This document shows, piece by piece, positions 1 through 10,258 of a stretch of 64,000 bases of DNA. Position 1 is the first letter of the stretch, and each line of letters begins with the position of its first letter. A program made the position numbers and the translations under genes. Below the pieces are notes generated by a model, which saw only the letters and a program-made list of their open reading frames with translations, made no database searches and was not told where the DNA came from. The stretch is taken from positions 160,001 to 224,000 of the forward strand of contig CAVTNR010000008.1 of NCBI GenBank assembly GCA_963736115.1, in the 5' to 3' direction. This DNA is from an uncultured bacterium. Lineage in GTDB: Bacteria; Zhuqueibacterota; QNDG01; DTFT01.

Positions 1-24
1 GTTTAAACATGAAGATAATTGAAA

Positions 25-1257
25 ATGCGCATTTTTGAATATCAGGCCAAATTTCTTCTCATGCGGTCCGGAATCCCAATACCTGCCGGATTCACGGCAA
101 GCCATTCCAAAACCGTACAGGCCGCCTCAAAATGCATTCAACAGCCCTTCATGGTCAAGGCCCAGGTCCCGGCCGGATCCAGGAAAGCGGCGGGCGGGGT
201 CCGGTCGGCGTCCGACCGGCTTGAGGCCGAACGCGCCGCATCCGGGCTTCTGGGGTCGGTTTTAAACCCGGCCGGAAGCGGGCCTTATACGGTTCGTCTG
301 GTTCTCGTCGAGCGGATGGATGACGTGGTTTCTGAAATGTACGCGGCCGTCGCCCTGGACCGGGATTCGGCCTGCGTGTCCCTGCTGTTGTCCGGAAAAG
401 GGGGAACGGGCGTGGAGGCGGGTGATCCTGTCCGGATTCCACTGACCGCGTCGGATCCGGAGCACGGATTCTCCGCGGTTCTGTCCATGCAAGCCGCGGC
501 CGCAATGGGGCTGTCGGGAAAAACGGCGTTGGAAACGGCCCGGGTTCTTTCCGGACTCGTACGTTTGTTTTATCAGCATGAATGCACTTTGGCCGAGATC
601 AATCCGCTCGCTCTCACCCGGGACGGACGCATCGTCTGCCTGGACGCGAAAATGGACTTCGACGATTACGGCCTTTTCCGGCATCCGGAAATCGGGGCCC
701 TGTCCGATCCTTCGGTTGCCTTTTCCTGTTTGGACGGCCCGGCGTCCGGCGGTTCCGGAAGCTTTTCGTATGATTTCACGGAATCGGACGCGCATGGGAT
801 CGCGGAAGCGCTCAGGCTTTCCGCTTTGGAGGAGAACGCCTCGATTTGCGGGGGCCGCATCCCTTTCGTGCGCATGAACGGGGATGTCGGGCTGATCGCG
901 AACGGCGCGGGACTCGCCATGGCCACGGCCGATGCGCTGGCAGCGGCAGGCGCTTCGGCCTCCGCTTTCTGCGACATCGGGGGAGCGGCCTCTGCCGCGG
1001 ATGTGGAGGAAGCGGTCGCGGCCGTGCTGGCCGTTCCGGCTACGCGGCGGCTTCTCGTGCATGTGTACGGCGGAATCGTCCGGTGCGACGTTGTTGCCGA
1101 AGGCCTCGTGTCCGCTTTGAAGAGCAGAGCCTCGCGGCCTGAAGTCACTGTTCGCTTTGAGGGCAACCGAAAGCAGGAGGGTCTGGCCCTGCTGGCCGCG
1201 TCCGGTCTCCCGTTCCGCATCGCGGGATCGTTCGGGGAGGCGGTAGGGAAGGGGTAG
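25..1257 (+). CDS. sucC: Succinyl-CoA synthetase beta subunit-like (ATP-grasp)
   Basis: MRIFEYQAK start, VKAQV..G.RK.AGGV, EINPL, LDAKMDFDD, NGAGLAMAT, FCDIGG, GGIVRCD motifs; no sucD directly downstream. Confidence 0.85.
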   Translation: MRIFEYQAKFLLMRSGIPIPAGFTASHSKTVQAASKCIQQPFMVKAQVPAGSRKAAGGVRSASDRLEAERAASGLLGSVLNPAGSGPYTVRLVLVERMDDVVSEMYAAVALDRDSACVSLLLSGKGGTGVEAGDPVRIPLTASDPEHGFSAVLSMQAAAAMGLSGKTALETARVLSGLVRLFYQHECTLAEINPLALTRDGRIVCLDAKMDFDDYGLFRHPEIGALSDPSVAFSCLDGPASGGSGSFSYDFTESDAHGIAEALRLSALEENASICGGRIPFVRMNGDVGLIANGAGLAMATADALAAAGASASAFCDIGGAASAADVEEAVAAVLAVPATRRLLVHVYGGIVRCDVVAEGLVSALKSRASRPEVTVRFEGNRKQEGLALLAASGLPFRIAGSFGEAVGKG

Positions 1258-1296
1258 GAGTTAACCCTTCAGGTCTTTCGGCAAGGGAGGAATGAG

Positions 1297-1944
1297 ATGA
1301 AGATAAAATTAGTTGCGATTCTATTGGCATTCTTCTCGATTCAGTCGGGCTCAGCCGCCGGGACTCGTATTCAGTCCGGCTGGAATTTATCTTCTTTTCA
1401 GGATAACGACGGTGAAGGCAGATGGAATTTCATAATCGGGATCGAAAAAGATTGGACAATCCATAAAAGTCTATCCTTCTTCAGCGGTTTGAATTACATC
1501 AGGCATGAGTCCTATTTAAACAACAAGACAGTTAAACGGTATTCGTTTGATTCAGACGTATTTATTTATAACGTGAACGCGAATGTCCAGTATATTGACG
1601 TGCCTCTTGGATTTCTTTTCAGGCACCCGATTTACAGAAAATTCGGTTTGATTTTGAATATATCCCGGTCATTTTATATTGCAGTGGATGATTTTTCAAC
1701 AACGGATATTGTCGATCAATATTTATCAGCGGAATCAGTTTATGATTTGTCATTTACCGAGCGCACAAATTTTCTGTTTGATAATTCCGGTTCCTCCTGG
1801 AATTATGGCGTTGGTATTTATCTGAACAGGGTGACATTTGAGTATGGTTACGTGAAAAACTTGAATGAATTAAGCTTTGTAAATGGTCTGAATATCGGGA
1901 AACGATTTCAGGCTCACTTGATTAAAATGGGTTATCGGTTTTAA
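1297..1944 (+). CDS. Outer-membrane beta-barrel (porin-family) protein
   Basis: Signal peptide, alternating aromatic beta strands, YIDVPL motif, C-terminal GYRF; visibly lower GC than neighbours. Confidence 0.7.
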   Translation: MKIKLVAILLAFFSIQSGSAAGTRIQSGWNLSSFQDNDGEGRWNFIIGIEKDWTIHKSLSFFSGLNYIRHESYLNNKTVKRYSFDSDVFIYNVNANVQYIDVPLGFLFRHPIYRKFGLILNISRSFYIAVDDFSTTDIVDQYLSAESVYDLSFTERTNFLFDNSGSSWNYGVGIYLNRVTFEYGYVKNLNELSFVNGLNIGKRFQAHLIKMGYRF

Positions 1945-1988
1945 AGCCCGCCCAAATGCCAGGCACCTCATAGGAGCCCGGCACTTTT

Positions 1989-4211
1989 TTAAGGTGCCAT
2001 TTTCAGCACGCTCCCGCCGGACCTTTCGATTTTTTCCTTGTCCCACAAGTCCGGCCTGAAATTGTCCCCTGTGAACAAATTCATCTGATCCCTGTAATGG
2101 AGGTCCATGACCTGACCGGATTGGCCGGTCGATAGGCAGGATACGGAACGGTCGAAGTCCGAAAGGTCGATGATGAGTCTGGCCGATGGCCCTGAAACGA
2201 TATGGAACTGCGGGCCTCCGGAGGCATGCGCCCAGCCTTCGATGCTCGACATGGATTTACCCATCGGGAACGGATGCGTTTTAAAGAAGTCCCGGAAGGG
2301 CCAGCGTCCCCCGAGCGGATGGTCGAATTGAAGTTCGTGCACGCCTCCCCAGTTCCATGCTTCAGGCTTGTCCCCTTGTTTTTCCTTCATCGCTGAAACC
2401 GCATCGGCAAAGCTTTTCTCAATGACAGCGACATGCGATTTTACGGCCCATGGCCTGGTCAGGCTGTCCTGAAGCATATCGAGGCGCAGGGACGGGATGC
2501 GCATCGCGAGCCCTGCCGCAACAGGAGGGGATCCGACCTGAATGAGGTTCGAACTGAGCCGGTCGAGAAAGGTTTCGGCCAGAGCCGCGGCCGGACTGCC
2601 GGACCGCATGTCGCCGTCCCATGCGGAAAGCAGGCGCAGGCCGGCGGTTTCGACGGAATCGGTGCGCTGAGCGCGGGTCAATGCGGGAAGAGCGAGACGG
2701 ACGAGAAAGGAAGAACGGACGGAGACCGCATCCGCCAGAAGTCTGCGGCTGTCCGAAAGGGAGACCGGCTGGGAATCGGGCCAGACAGCGGAAAGCCTGC
2801 TGAAGCGGGGGAGGGACCGCGAGTCCGGCGGTACGGGCCGGTCGAGGTTTCCGTTGCAGAGAAACCCCGGGGATGTGATCCATACGGTCCGGGAGTCCGG
2901 CTTGTACCGGACCGGACAGCGCCGGAAATGCCGACGCCGCCCTGCGTATCCGCCGCTATCCAGGAGAATCCGGGAAGCCGGAGGCCAGCGCTTTTCGACA
3001 GGAATTCATCCGCGGTGGCAGCCTTATTCATGTTCAGCAGAACCGCGGTCTCGTCGGCAGGCTCCAGGCCGGCCCATTCCAGAACCACGCCTGACATTTT
3101 ACGGCCGGGTCCGGGTGATGGGGGTGCGCGGCAGACCAGGGGGCCTGAGGGCAGGCGACCAATCTCGATTGGAATATCCGGCGCGTTCAGAACGGCCAGC
3201 GTGTCCCTTTTAAGAACCGGCTGTGCAGATTCGTCCCAGGACACTGCGCGCCAGGGTGTCCGCTTTTTCTCCTGAAGGCGAGAAAGCCCAGGCCGTGGAA
3301 CCGTTGTGGCCCGCGAGCACGAGCGGATAACCGGGAACCATGAAGCCGGAGGCCTCGAAATCCGGGCATCGGAGAACGGCCTGATACCAGGGCGAGGGAA
3401 TCTGCACGGCCGAGTTCGCGACAAAAATCAGCAAAGGTCTGCCTGAATAGGTCCGGGGCCCGGAAACGGCAAGACCAAAAGTGCCCATCAAAGGATCCGG
3501 AGTGAGTCCTTCAGGTTCCGGCTTCCGGACAGCCGCGTCCAGCATGGCGAGAAGGCGGTCAGACGGGTCCGCGGGGATTTGCCTGTCTTTGTCCGGCTTC
3601 GGGACTGCGGACAGAGCCTGACGCACGGGTTGCGTGAGCCACCGCGAGTCCGCCTGCCAGGCGAACAGGCGGAGAACCGATATGCAGTCGGCCGCGGTCC
3701 AGGGCTCGAAAGCGGCATTGAGAAACCTGAATTCGACGGGAATACGCGAACCGGACGGGCCGGCGGACGCGTTCACCCCTGCCGCGTACGCGTCCATGAT
3801 TTCAGCGGATTCCGGGGAAAGGGACATGGCCGCTTGACGGGCCGCGTCCGCCAAACCGATTTTCCGCATCAGGCTGTCCACAGCCGCGGCCTCAGGACCC
3901 AGCCATTCGGACAGCCTGCCGGCCGCGGTGCGGCGGGACAGTTCCATCTGGAAAAGCCTGTCCTGGCCAGTCACGTATCCCAGGCTGAAAAAGAGGTCGC
4001 GCCTGGACGAGGCGGCGATCGCGGGCACGCTGTAGCTGTCGCGCGTCACGCGTACTTCAGCGGACAGGCCGGACAGCCGGATTTTCCCCGTGCGGTCCGG
4101 CAGGGACGAAACGACCGTGCGGTAGCCGTTTATGCACAGCAGAAATACACCGGCTCCGGCGATGAGGGCGGTCAGGCATCCGAAGCGGATGCGGATTTTG
4201 GGTCTGGGCAA
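1989..4211 (-). pseudogene. Penicillin acylase family (Ntn hydrolase) protein, interrupted by two frameshifts (about 3250 and 2700)
   Basis: Three consecutive ORFs (3210-4211, 2678-3424, 1989-2681) give GYVTGQDRLFQMEL, LEWAGLEP..NKA, and GPSARLIIDLSD..TGQSG..HYRDQ; true pseudogene versus sequencing error unresolved. Confidence 0.75.
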
Positions 4212-4437
4212 GGGCGGGTTCCTTTTTTACGGTTGATTGGGCCTGCGTCTACCGCGGGGCTGAGTTCCGGCTGAGCTGCGCCCCGGGGCGATCACGGATG
4301 ATTCCTTCTTTCATGATTGCCGCTCTTACACTCCACGAAGCCCTTCGGGGGAGAAGCAGGGAAGCAGAGCTCAGGGCGACGGCGGAGAGAAAGGAGTACT
4401 CGTCCAATTTCGTGTTTTATCTTCGCCGGTTTAGGGA

Positions 4438-4466
4438 ATTGTAAGAATTCACCTGCTCAATGTCAA
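4438..4466 (-). promoter_or_regulatory. Sigma70-type promoter
   Basis: TTGACA-N17-TACAAT on the minus strand. Confidence 0.7.
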
Positions 4467-4470
4467 GACC

Positions 4471-4504
4471 AAACGAAAACGCACGGCTCTGGAAAGCCGT
4501 GCGT
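4471..4504 (-). terminator. Intrinsic terminator of tmRNA
   Basis: ACGCACGGCT/AGCCGTGCGT 10-bp stem followed by a T-rich tract on the minus strand. Confidence 0.7.
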
Positions 4505-4512
4505 CGTAAAAG

Positions 4513-4872
4513 TGGTGGAGACGGTGGGAATTGAACCCACGTCCGAAAACAGAACACCCCGGAATACTACGTGCGTAGCCCTATCATTTGATCTTGCCCG
4601 GGGCACCCAAAGGGCTGGGATCCCAAGGCCAAGTCCGCTGTTGTCTCGCCGGACTTCCGCGGACATGAAGCCGGCCAGCCCGTCTTAAGCGACGCCCCTA
4701 TACGGCCCCGACAGGCGCGGGCCGCGAGGGACGGGTTGCCTATTTAACTAGGCAGCCATGGCATACGAGTAGTTGTTGCCATTTAATCTGTTCCCGGATT
4801 ATTTACCAGGGTCCAGGAACCTGGACACGCATTCCGAGACCTTACTGAATCCGTCGAATCCAGTTCGTCCCC
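4513..4872 (-). ncRNA. ssrA: tmRNA; tag peptide (A)GNNYSYAMAA at 4780-4748
   Basis: 5' GGGGACGAACTGGATTCGAC, 3' T-arm GTGGGTTCAATTCCCACCGTCTCCACCA, internal tag ORF ending AMAA-stop. Confidence 0.97.
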
Positions 4873-4894
4873 AAATTGTCAATGAACCATCGGT

Positions 4895-4923
4895 AAGTTA
4901 CACAAATTATACGGTTCTGTCAA
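4895..4923 (-). promoter_or_regulatory. Probable ssrA promoter
   Basis: TTGACA-N17-TAACTT about 20 nt upstream of the mature 5' end. Confidence 0.6.
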
Positions 4924-4957
4924 TGGAAAGGTTCCGGGAGATTCATTCCTCCCCGCC

Positions 4958-4985
4958 CCTGGATCCCCGCTTGCGCGGGGATGAC
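4958..4985. repeat. Palindromic repeat family R (GTCATYCCCGC..GCGGGRATCC)
   Basis: Related copies at 17427-17460, 62576-62626 and 62825-62858. Confidence 0.75.
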
Positions 4986-5029
4986 ATTAAAGAAAAATGA
5001 TATTTTAATGCCTTCTCAATATGGAACTG

Positions 5030-7012
5030 TCATTCCTTGTCCGTCTGGTTTTCCCCGAACTGAGTCTCGTAAAGGTTCGCGTACAGCCCAGCCTTCTCGA
5101 TCAGATCCCCGTGCGTCCCGGACTCGGCCACGCGGCCCCGGTCCAGCACCAGGATCATGTCCGCGGCCAGGATGGTGCTGAGCCTGTGCGCGATGACGAT
5201 GTTCGTGCGTCCGGCCATGAGCCGCTTCAGCGCCTCCTGGATGAGCGCCTCGGATTCGCTGTCGAGACTGCTCGTGGCCTCGTCGAGCACCAGGATGCGC
5301 GGGTCCTTCAGGATGACGCGGGCCAGTGCGAGCCTCTGCTTTTCCCCGCCGCTGAGGCGGTAGCCCCTTTCGCCGACCACGGTGTCGTACCGGTCCGGGA
5401 GGCCGGCGATGAAATCGTGTATGTTGGCCGCCTTCGCGGCCTCCTCGAGATCGGTCTGGCGAGCGTCGGGCCTGGCGTAGAGCAGGTTGGTCCGTATGGT
5501 GTCGTGGAACAGGTGCGTCTCCTGCGTCACCATGCCGATCTGTGCCGTCAGCGAGGCCAGAGTCGCTTCGCGGATGTCGACGCCGTCGAGGGTCACGCGA
5601 CCCTCGGTCGGGTCGTACAGCCTGGGAATGAGATAGGTCACCGTGGTCTTGCCCGCGCCGCTGGGCCCGACCAAAGCGGCGAGCTGTCCGGGTTTGACCC
5701 TGAAACTGATGTGTTCGAGCGCCAGACTCCGCGCCTGCGAAGCCGGCGTGGTTCCCGGTCCGCTCTTCGCGCCGGAGAATCCGGCCGCCTGTTTTGCTGC
5801 AGGCAGGGCCGGCTCATCGCCCGACAGGGCCGCGGCCGGGCCATCGGACCGTCCGTAACGCTGAACCTCGGTCAGCAGGCCCTCGGGCCTGACCTCGTAT
5901 CGGAAGGACACATCCTCGAAAGCGAGTTCGCCGGCGATTTTTTTCAGCTCGACCGCGCCCGGTTTTTCCCGGATGTCCGGCCGCATGTCGAGCACCTCGA
6001 ACACGCGCTCGAAACTGACCACGGAGGTCGCGAATTCGACCGGGTTGTTGGCCAGGCCCTGCAGGGACGCGTACAGCAGGGCGAGATAGGACCCGAAGGC
6101 CACGATGGTGCCGACCGTCAGGGACCCGGCCATGACCATGGCCCCGCCGAGCCCGTACACCAGGGCCGTTCCCACGGCGCTGACCAGGCCGATGAAAACC
6201 ATGAACGAGGCGCCCAGCACCGCGCGTTTCACGTCCAGGTCGGCCAGGGCCGAGGCCCTGCGGCTGAAGCGCTCCGTCTCCTCCGCGGCGCGGCCGAAGA
6301 GCTTCACCAGCAGGGCGCCGCCGATGTTCAGGGTCTCCGACATGGCCGCGTTCATGGACGCGTTGGCCTCCATCTGGCGGCGCGAGAGGTCCCGGAGCAG
6401 GCGCGCCAGCCGGCGGGAAACCGCGATGAGGAGCGGCAGGATCACGACGCTGACCGCGGTCAGCCGCCATTCCAGCGAGGCCATCACGGCGAGCACGGCC
6501 GCGCACTGAATCAGGTTCGTGGCAAATCCGGTGATGGTGTAGCTGATCGCGTTCTGCGCGCCCATCACGTCATTGTTCAGCCGGCTGATCAGTTCGCCGG
6601 AGCGGGTGTGCGTGTAGAACCGCAGGGACATTTTCTGCAGGTGGCCGTACAGGGCCGTGCGCAGGTCATAGGTCACGCCCTCGCCGATGGCCGCGTTGAT
6701 GCGTCTCTGCCACACCCGGAGCAGTCCGGCGGCGGCGGGCACGGCCAGCAGGGCGGCCGACAGGCCGACCAGCCGGCGGAGGTCGCCGGACGGGATGACG
6801 CGGTCGATCAGCTGACGCATGATCAGCGGCGTGACGATGCCGAGGCCGGAAGCCGCCAGGATCAGGAGGAAGAGGATGAGGATGCGGCCCCGGTAGGGCC
6901 TGGCGTAACCCAGGACCCGTTTCAGCAGGTTCCGGGTGATTTTCGGTTTTTCGCCCGAAGCATGCATGTATTCGCGCCAGCCCGTGCCGCGCATACCCAT
7001 TCCGAGGCCCAT
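5030..7012 (-). CDS. ABC exporter, fused TMD-NBD (MsbA-like)
   Basis: Six-TM region, GPSGAGKT, LSGGEKQR, ILVLDEATSSLD, AHRLST. Confidence 0.93.
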   Translation of the reverse strand: MGLGMGMRGTGWREYMHASGEKPKITRNLLKRVLGYARPYRGRILILFLLILAASGLGIVTPLIMRQLIDRVIPSGDLRRLVGLSAALLAVPAAAGLLRVWQRRINAAIGEGVTYDLRTALYGHLQKMSLRFYTHTRSGELISRLNNDVMGAQNAISYTITGFATNLIQCAAVLAVMASLEWRLTAVSVVILPLLIAVSRRLARLLRDLSRRQMEANASMNAAMSETLNIGGALLVKLFGRAAEETERFSRRASALADLDVKRAVLGASFMVFIGLVSAVGTALVYGLGGAMVMAGSLTVGTIVAFGSYLALLYASLQGLANNPVEFATSVVSFERVFEVLDMRPDIREKPGAVELKKIAGELAFEDVSFRYEVRPEGLLTEVQRYGRSDGPAAALSGDEPALPAAKQAAGFSGAKSGPGTTPASQARSLALEHISFRVKPGQLAALVGPSGAGKTTVTYLIPRLYDPTEGRVTLDGVDIREATLASLTAQIGMVTQETHLFHDTIRTNLLYARPDARQTDLEEAAKAANIHDFIAGLPDRYDTVVGERGYRLSGGEKQRLALARVILKDPRILVLDEATSSLDSESEALIQEALKRLMAGRTNIVIAHRLSTILAADMILVLDRGRVAESGTHGDLIEKAGLYANLYETQFGENQTDKE

Positions 7013-7064
7013 GATCTATCCCATGCAAAATTTTCGGATTAGGGAATCATATTCGTCAATAACC

Positions 7065-7171
7065 AGTTCATAGTTCATGATTCATAGTTCATAGTTGAAA
7101 ACAGAAAAGATTCTATCGGGATGAACCGTAAGCTTCTTTTCCATGAACTATGAACTATGAACCAGGAACTA
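7065..7171. repeat. Heptamer inverted-repeat element H1: (AGTTCAT)n-spacer-(ATGAACT)n
   Basis: Left arm 7065-7097, right arm 7143-7171 overlapping the stop codon of the adjacent gene. Confidence 0.9.
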
Positions 7172-7624
7172 TTTCTCGATCTTCACCACGGCCTTGCGGA
7201 TCAGGCCCTCGCCGCCCATGGGCGCGTGGCCGTCGGCCGGGAAGAACAGGGCGAAGGACCCGGCCTCTACCGTCTTCCAGGTCTGCGCGTCGTCCCGGAA
7301 GAAGACAATGTCCCTTTCCGCGTCGAAATCCGATTCCGGGGACAGGCAGCGGTCCAGGGGCTTCCACCCCATGACGTCGGCGCCGGACAGGACGAACTGG
7401 AGATCGATGTACCTGCGGTGGGCCTCGAGTCTGGCGCTCTGCCGGCCCTTGCCCTGGCCCGTGCTGATCAGGCAGAACATCCGGTCAGCGTCGATGTCGA
7501 TGCGGCCGTCCGCGGCGTCATCCCGCAGTTCCGTGCGCAGGAATGCGAAGGCGCGTTCCAAGAGCGGGTGGAGGGAGAAGTACGCTTCGGCGTTGTCGAT
7601 CTGGTCGGTTATGAATTGAGCCAT
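7169..7624 (-). CDS. YhcH/YjgK/YiaL family protein
   Basis: EAHRRYIDLQ, DIVFF, FALFFPADGHAP, IRKAVVKI motifs. Confidence 0.9.
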   Translation of the reverse strand: MAQFITDQIDNAEAYFSLHPLLERAFAFLRTELRDDAADGRIDIDADRMFCLISTGQGKGRQSARLEAHRRYIDLQFVLSGADVMGWKPLDRCLSPESDFDAERDIVFFRDDAQTWKTVEAGSFALFFPADGHAPMGGEGLIRKAVVKIEK

Positions 7625-7646
7625 GTATCGTTCCCCGTCTTTCTTG

Positions 7647-7839
7647 AGTTCATAGTTCATGGTTCATAGTTCATAGTTGAAAAGCGGATGGAGGCGGTAC
7701 TATCTATTCTCTTTTAAGTTGAGTTCATAGTTCATAGTTGAAAAAACCAAAAGGGGAAATAGTTCATGGAAAAAACGAGAGCGGACTGTTTTCATGATCT
7801 CTATTTTAACTATGAACCATGAACTATGAACCATGAACT
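7647..7839. repeat. H1 heptamer inverted-repeat element (compound)
   Basis: Arms at 7647-7679, 7722-7740 and inverted arm 7808-7839. Confidence 0.9.
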
Positions 7840-7844
7840 GTTTT

Positions 7845-10247
7845 TCAGTACTTCCCCGGCGCGAAGCCGAGGTAGGGGCTGGAATGATCGGTTTCCCTTC
7901 CTGCGCGGTATTTCAGGTACAGCATGGCCGAGTGGTGGTAGGTGACCGGGTAGTCCCGTATCAGGTAGGCCAGGGACCGGTAATCCTTCTTTTCCAGATC
8001 CGGTTCAGCCGTGAGAAGGGCTTCGAATGCCAGGCCTCCCAGTATCCCGTCCGGAATCACGATGAGACTGCGTCCACGGATCCAAGGCTCGACGGGCCTG
8101 ATCAGCGTTTTGTAGCACCAGAACGCGTCCTCCGCGTAACGGCCGTAGTCCATTTTCACGATGCCCTCCCGCACGCCGTGGACGCGGCGCTCCAGGATAG
8201 TATCCCTGGGCAGGCGCACGGTTTCGAACAGGCCGGCCGTGATGACGAATATCGTGACGAAGCGGTCTCCGATGAAATATTCCACGAGCGCGTCTTCGGG
8301 TTTCAAGAGCCTTTTCCGCAGGTCCTCCACGGTGACGGTATACGTGCCGTACCGCAGGCTGAGAAATTCCGGGTATTCCCTGTCGAACCGGCCGATGATT
8401 TCGTCCCATTCGCGTTTAATCTTGAACCGGCGCGCTTCCAGGGACTTCAGGCGGCTGTCGTCCGCCGCCGTCCCGTTCCCCATCTCGTCCCGGATGACCT
8501 TTTTGCAGTCCCCGAATTCGATCCGAAGCCGGTTCTCCTTCTCAATCAGGTCGGCAGGGACTCTGCCAAGGCGCATGGCCTGCTTGTCCATGACCGACCG
8601 CATCTGGATAAAGACCTTGCTCTTTTCGGAAAAGAAGAAAGCTTTTTCCTTGAACCCCTCATTCCCGGTCAGCCGGTGGAGCTCGAGCGCCGTTTCGACC
8701 CCATGTTCGAATATAAAACGGTAATCCGAGGCCAGATCGAGCCTCGGCTCGATGGACAGCATGCCTCCGCCGATACGGTCCATCAGCCGCATGGCCAGCT
8801 CCCAGTTCGTCAGGGCCGCCTCCAGGTCGGCCGGGGACCGGCTGACGCGGGTGTAGCGTTCCCCGAAGGTTTCCGCCTTCAGACGTAAAAGGGGGAGCAT
8901 TTGGAAGTCCACGTCCGGCCCGTCGATCTGCGGATTCGACGCAGGATCGAACCCGCTGAAGCCGGGAACCGCGGCGAGAACCGCGTCCTGCAGGGACCGG
9001 AGCGCGGCCGCATAATTCCCTTTTTTTCGATGCACGTTGGCAATGGCCTTGTGCGACTCCGAGGTCCAGTTGGAATACCGGCCCAGCTTTTCCAGCCGGA
9101 GATCGAGCGATTTACCGTAAAAAGCCAGAGCTTCGTCCAGTTCGCCGCGCCGGACCTTGACATGCCCGATCCGGAAAACCGCCTGCGCCGCCTGAAGCAA
9201 GGTCGATTCCCTGTTTTTGGCGCAGACAGCCAGGCATTGTCGGTAACAGCGCAGGGCCTCTTCCGTTTTTTTCTGCCGCCAGAAGATGTAGCCCATGTGG
9301 TTGTACACGCCCGCGACCGAAGGATGGTCCGGCCCCAGGGTCGTGACGTAGGCCGAGAGGGCCTTTTGCTGGAATGCCATTGCCTTCGGGAAGTCGTCTT
9401 CGAGCAGGGCCAGGGACCCGAGGTTCTCGTACGCACGGCCGGTTTCCGGATGCGCGTCGCCGAAATGCAGCTTGTTGATGTCGAGCGCCCGGCCGTAGAA
9501 AAGTCCGGCGTTTTCCCAGTCGTGCCGGCTCTTGTAGACATTCCCCATCTGCAGGTAGACCTGCGCGAGGTCCGGATGGTTTTCGTCGCGGCATTTCCGC
9601 AGTATGGCCAGTGCCGTGTCGAGGTAGGCCAGTGCGGTCGGATATCGGGTCCTGGCGATGTAGACTTTTCCGATGCGACGGTACGCCATGCCGAGAAGCG
9701 GGCCGTCCGCGGCCGCGAGGGGCAGGGCGCGGAAATAGCAGCTCAGCGCGCTGTCGAAATCGTTCCGTTCGAAACGGAGCTGTCCCAGTCCTGCCCAGGA
9801 GGCCGCGGTTTCCGGCCGGCCGGGGCCGAGCCGGGTATCGGCGATCTGCATGGCGCTGTCGAAGGCCGCATGCGCCGCGTCGAATTCCATGCTCTGAATC
9901 CGGTTCTCACCTATGCCGTTGAGGCATCGGACTACGCTGGACCAGTCCCTTTGCGCGGCGGCCAGCGTCATGGCCCTGCGGAAACTCAGTATGGACGGAC
10001 CGTGCCGGCTGTCGAGAAGCTCCTGCTCGGCCGTGACCATGAGGGAATGAATCCGATCCGAACCGGAACCATGCGCGGAGGGATCCGTTCCCGAGCCGCC
10101 GTGACGCGGAACGGGATTCGCGATCCAGAGCGCGACGAGGAGAAGGATGACCGCGAGAATCCAGGCCCTGGTATTGAAGGCCAAACAGACCTTTTTGAAA
10201 CCGGCCGTGAACCGGCGGCCGGCCCCGCGGCCCGGGGCCCGTTTCAT
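7845..10247 (-). CDS. Membrane-anchored TPR protein carrying only the N-terminal half of a CHAT domain
   Basis: N-terminal hydrophobic segment, many HPxxAxxYxxxG-type TPRs, then AFFFSEKSK, LVEYF, LIVIPDGILGGLAFEAL, YLIRDYPVTY, YLGFAP-stop; no catalytic His or Cys motif. Confidence 0.85.
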   Translation of the reverse strand: MKRAPGRGAGRRFTAGFKKVCLAFNTRAWILAVILLLVALWIANPVPRHGGSGTDPSAHGSGSDRIHSLMVTAEQELLDSRHGPSILSFRRAMTLAAAQRDWSSVVRCLNGIGENRIQSMEFDAAHAAFDSAMQIADTRLGPGRPETAASWAGLGQLRFERNDFDSALSCYFRALPLAAADGPLLGMAYRRIGKVYIARTRYPTALAYLDTALAILRKCRDENHPDLAQVYLQMGNVYKSRHDWENAGLFYGRALDINKLHFGDAHPETGRAYENLGSLALLEDDFPKAMAFQQKALSAYVTTLGPDHPSVAGVYNHMGYIFWRQKKTEEALRCYRQCLAVCAKNRESTLLQAAQAVFRIGHVKVRRGELDEALAFYGKSLDLRLEKLGRYSNWTSESHKAIANVHRKKGNYAAALRSLQDAVLAAVPGFSGFDPASNPQIDGPDVDFQMLPLLRLKAETFGERYTRVSRSPADLEAALTNWELAMRLMDRIGGGMLSIEPRLDLASDYRFIFEHGVETALELHRLTGNEGFKEKAFFFSEKSKVFIQMRSVMDKQAMRLGRVPADLIEKENRLRIEFGDCKKVIRDEMGNGTAADDSRLKSLEARRFKIKREWDEIIGRFDREYPEFLSLRYGTYTVTVEDLRKRLLKPEDALVEYFIGDRFVTIFVITAGLFETVRLPRDTILERRVHGVREGIVKMDYGRYAEDAFWCYKTLIRPVEPWIRGRSLIVIPDGILGGLAFEALLTAEPDLEKKDYRSLAYLIRDYPVTYHHSAMLYLKYRAGRETDHSSPYLGFAPGKY

Positions 10248-10258
10248 TCCGCGTGTTT

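Noticed and set aside
4317-5000. Short ORFs around tmRNA and a possible island integrated at ssrA
   Set aside because: The ORFs are shadows of the RNA gene; no integrase or duplicated ssrA 3' end was seen in the window.
5021-7042. Long antisense ORFs (this one and e.g. 46192-48807, 13087-14700, 36837-38474, 56991-58535)
   Set aside because: Mirror frames of well-supported GC-rich genes on the opposite strand, with no recognisable motifs.
7625-7660. MNYEL/MNHEL-type starts in the ORF track (also at 7150, 7157, 13087, 55509, 55582, 61421, 62777)
   Set aside because: The ATGs come from the ATGAACT heptamer repeat and are artefactual extensions or spurious ORFs.
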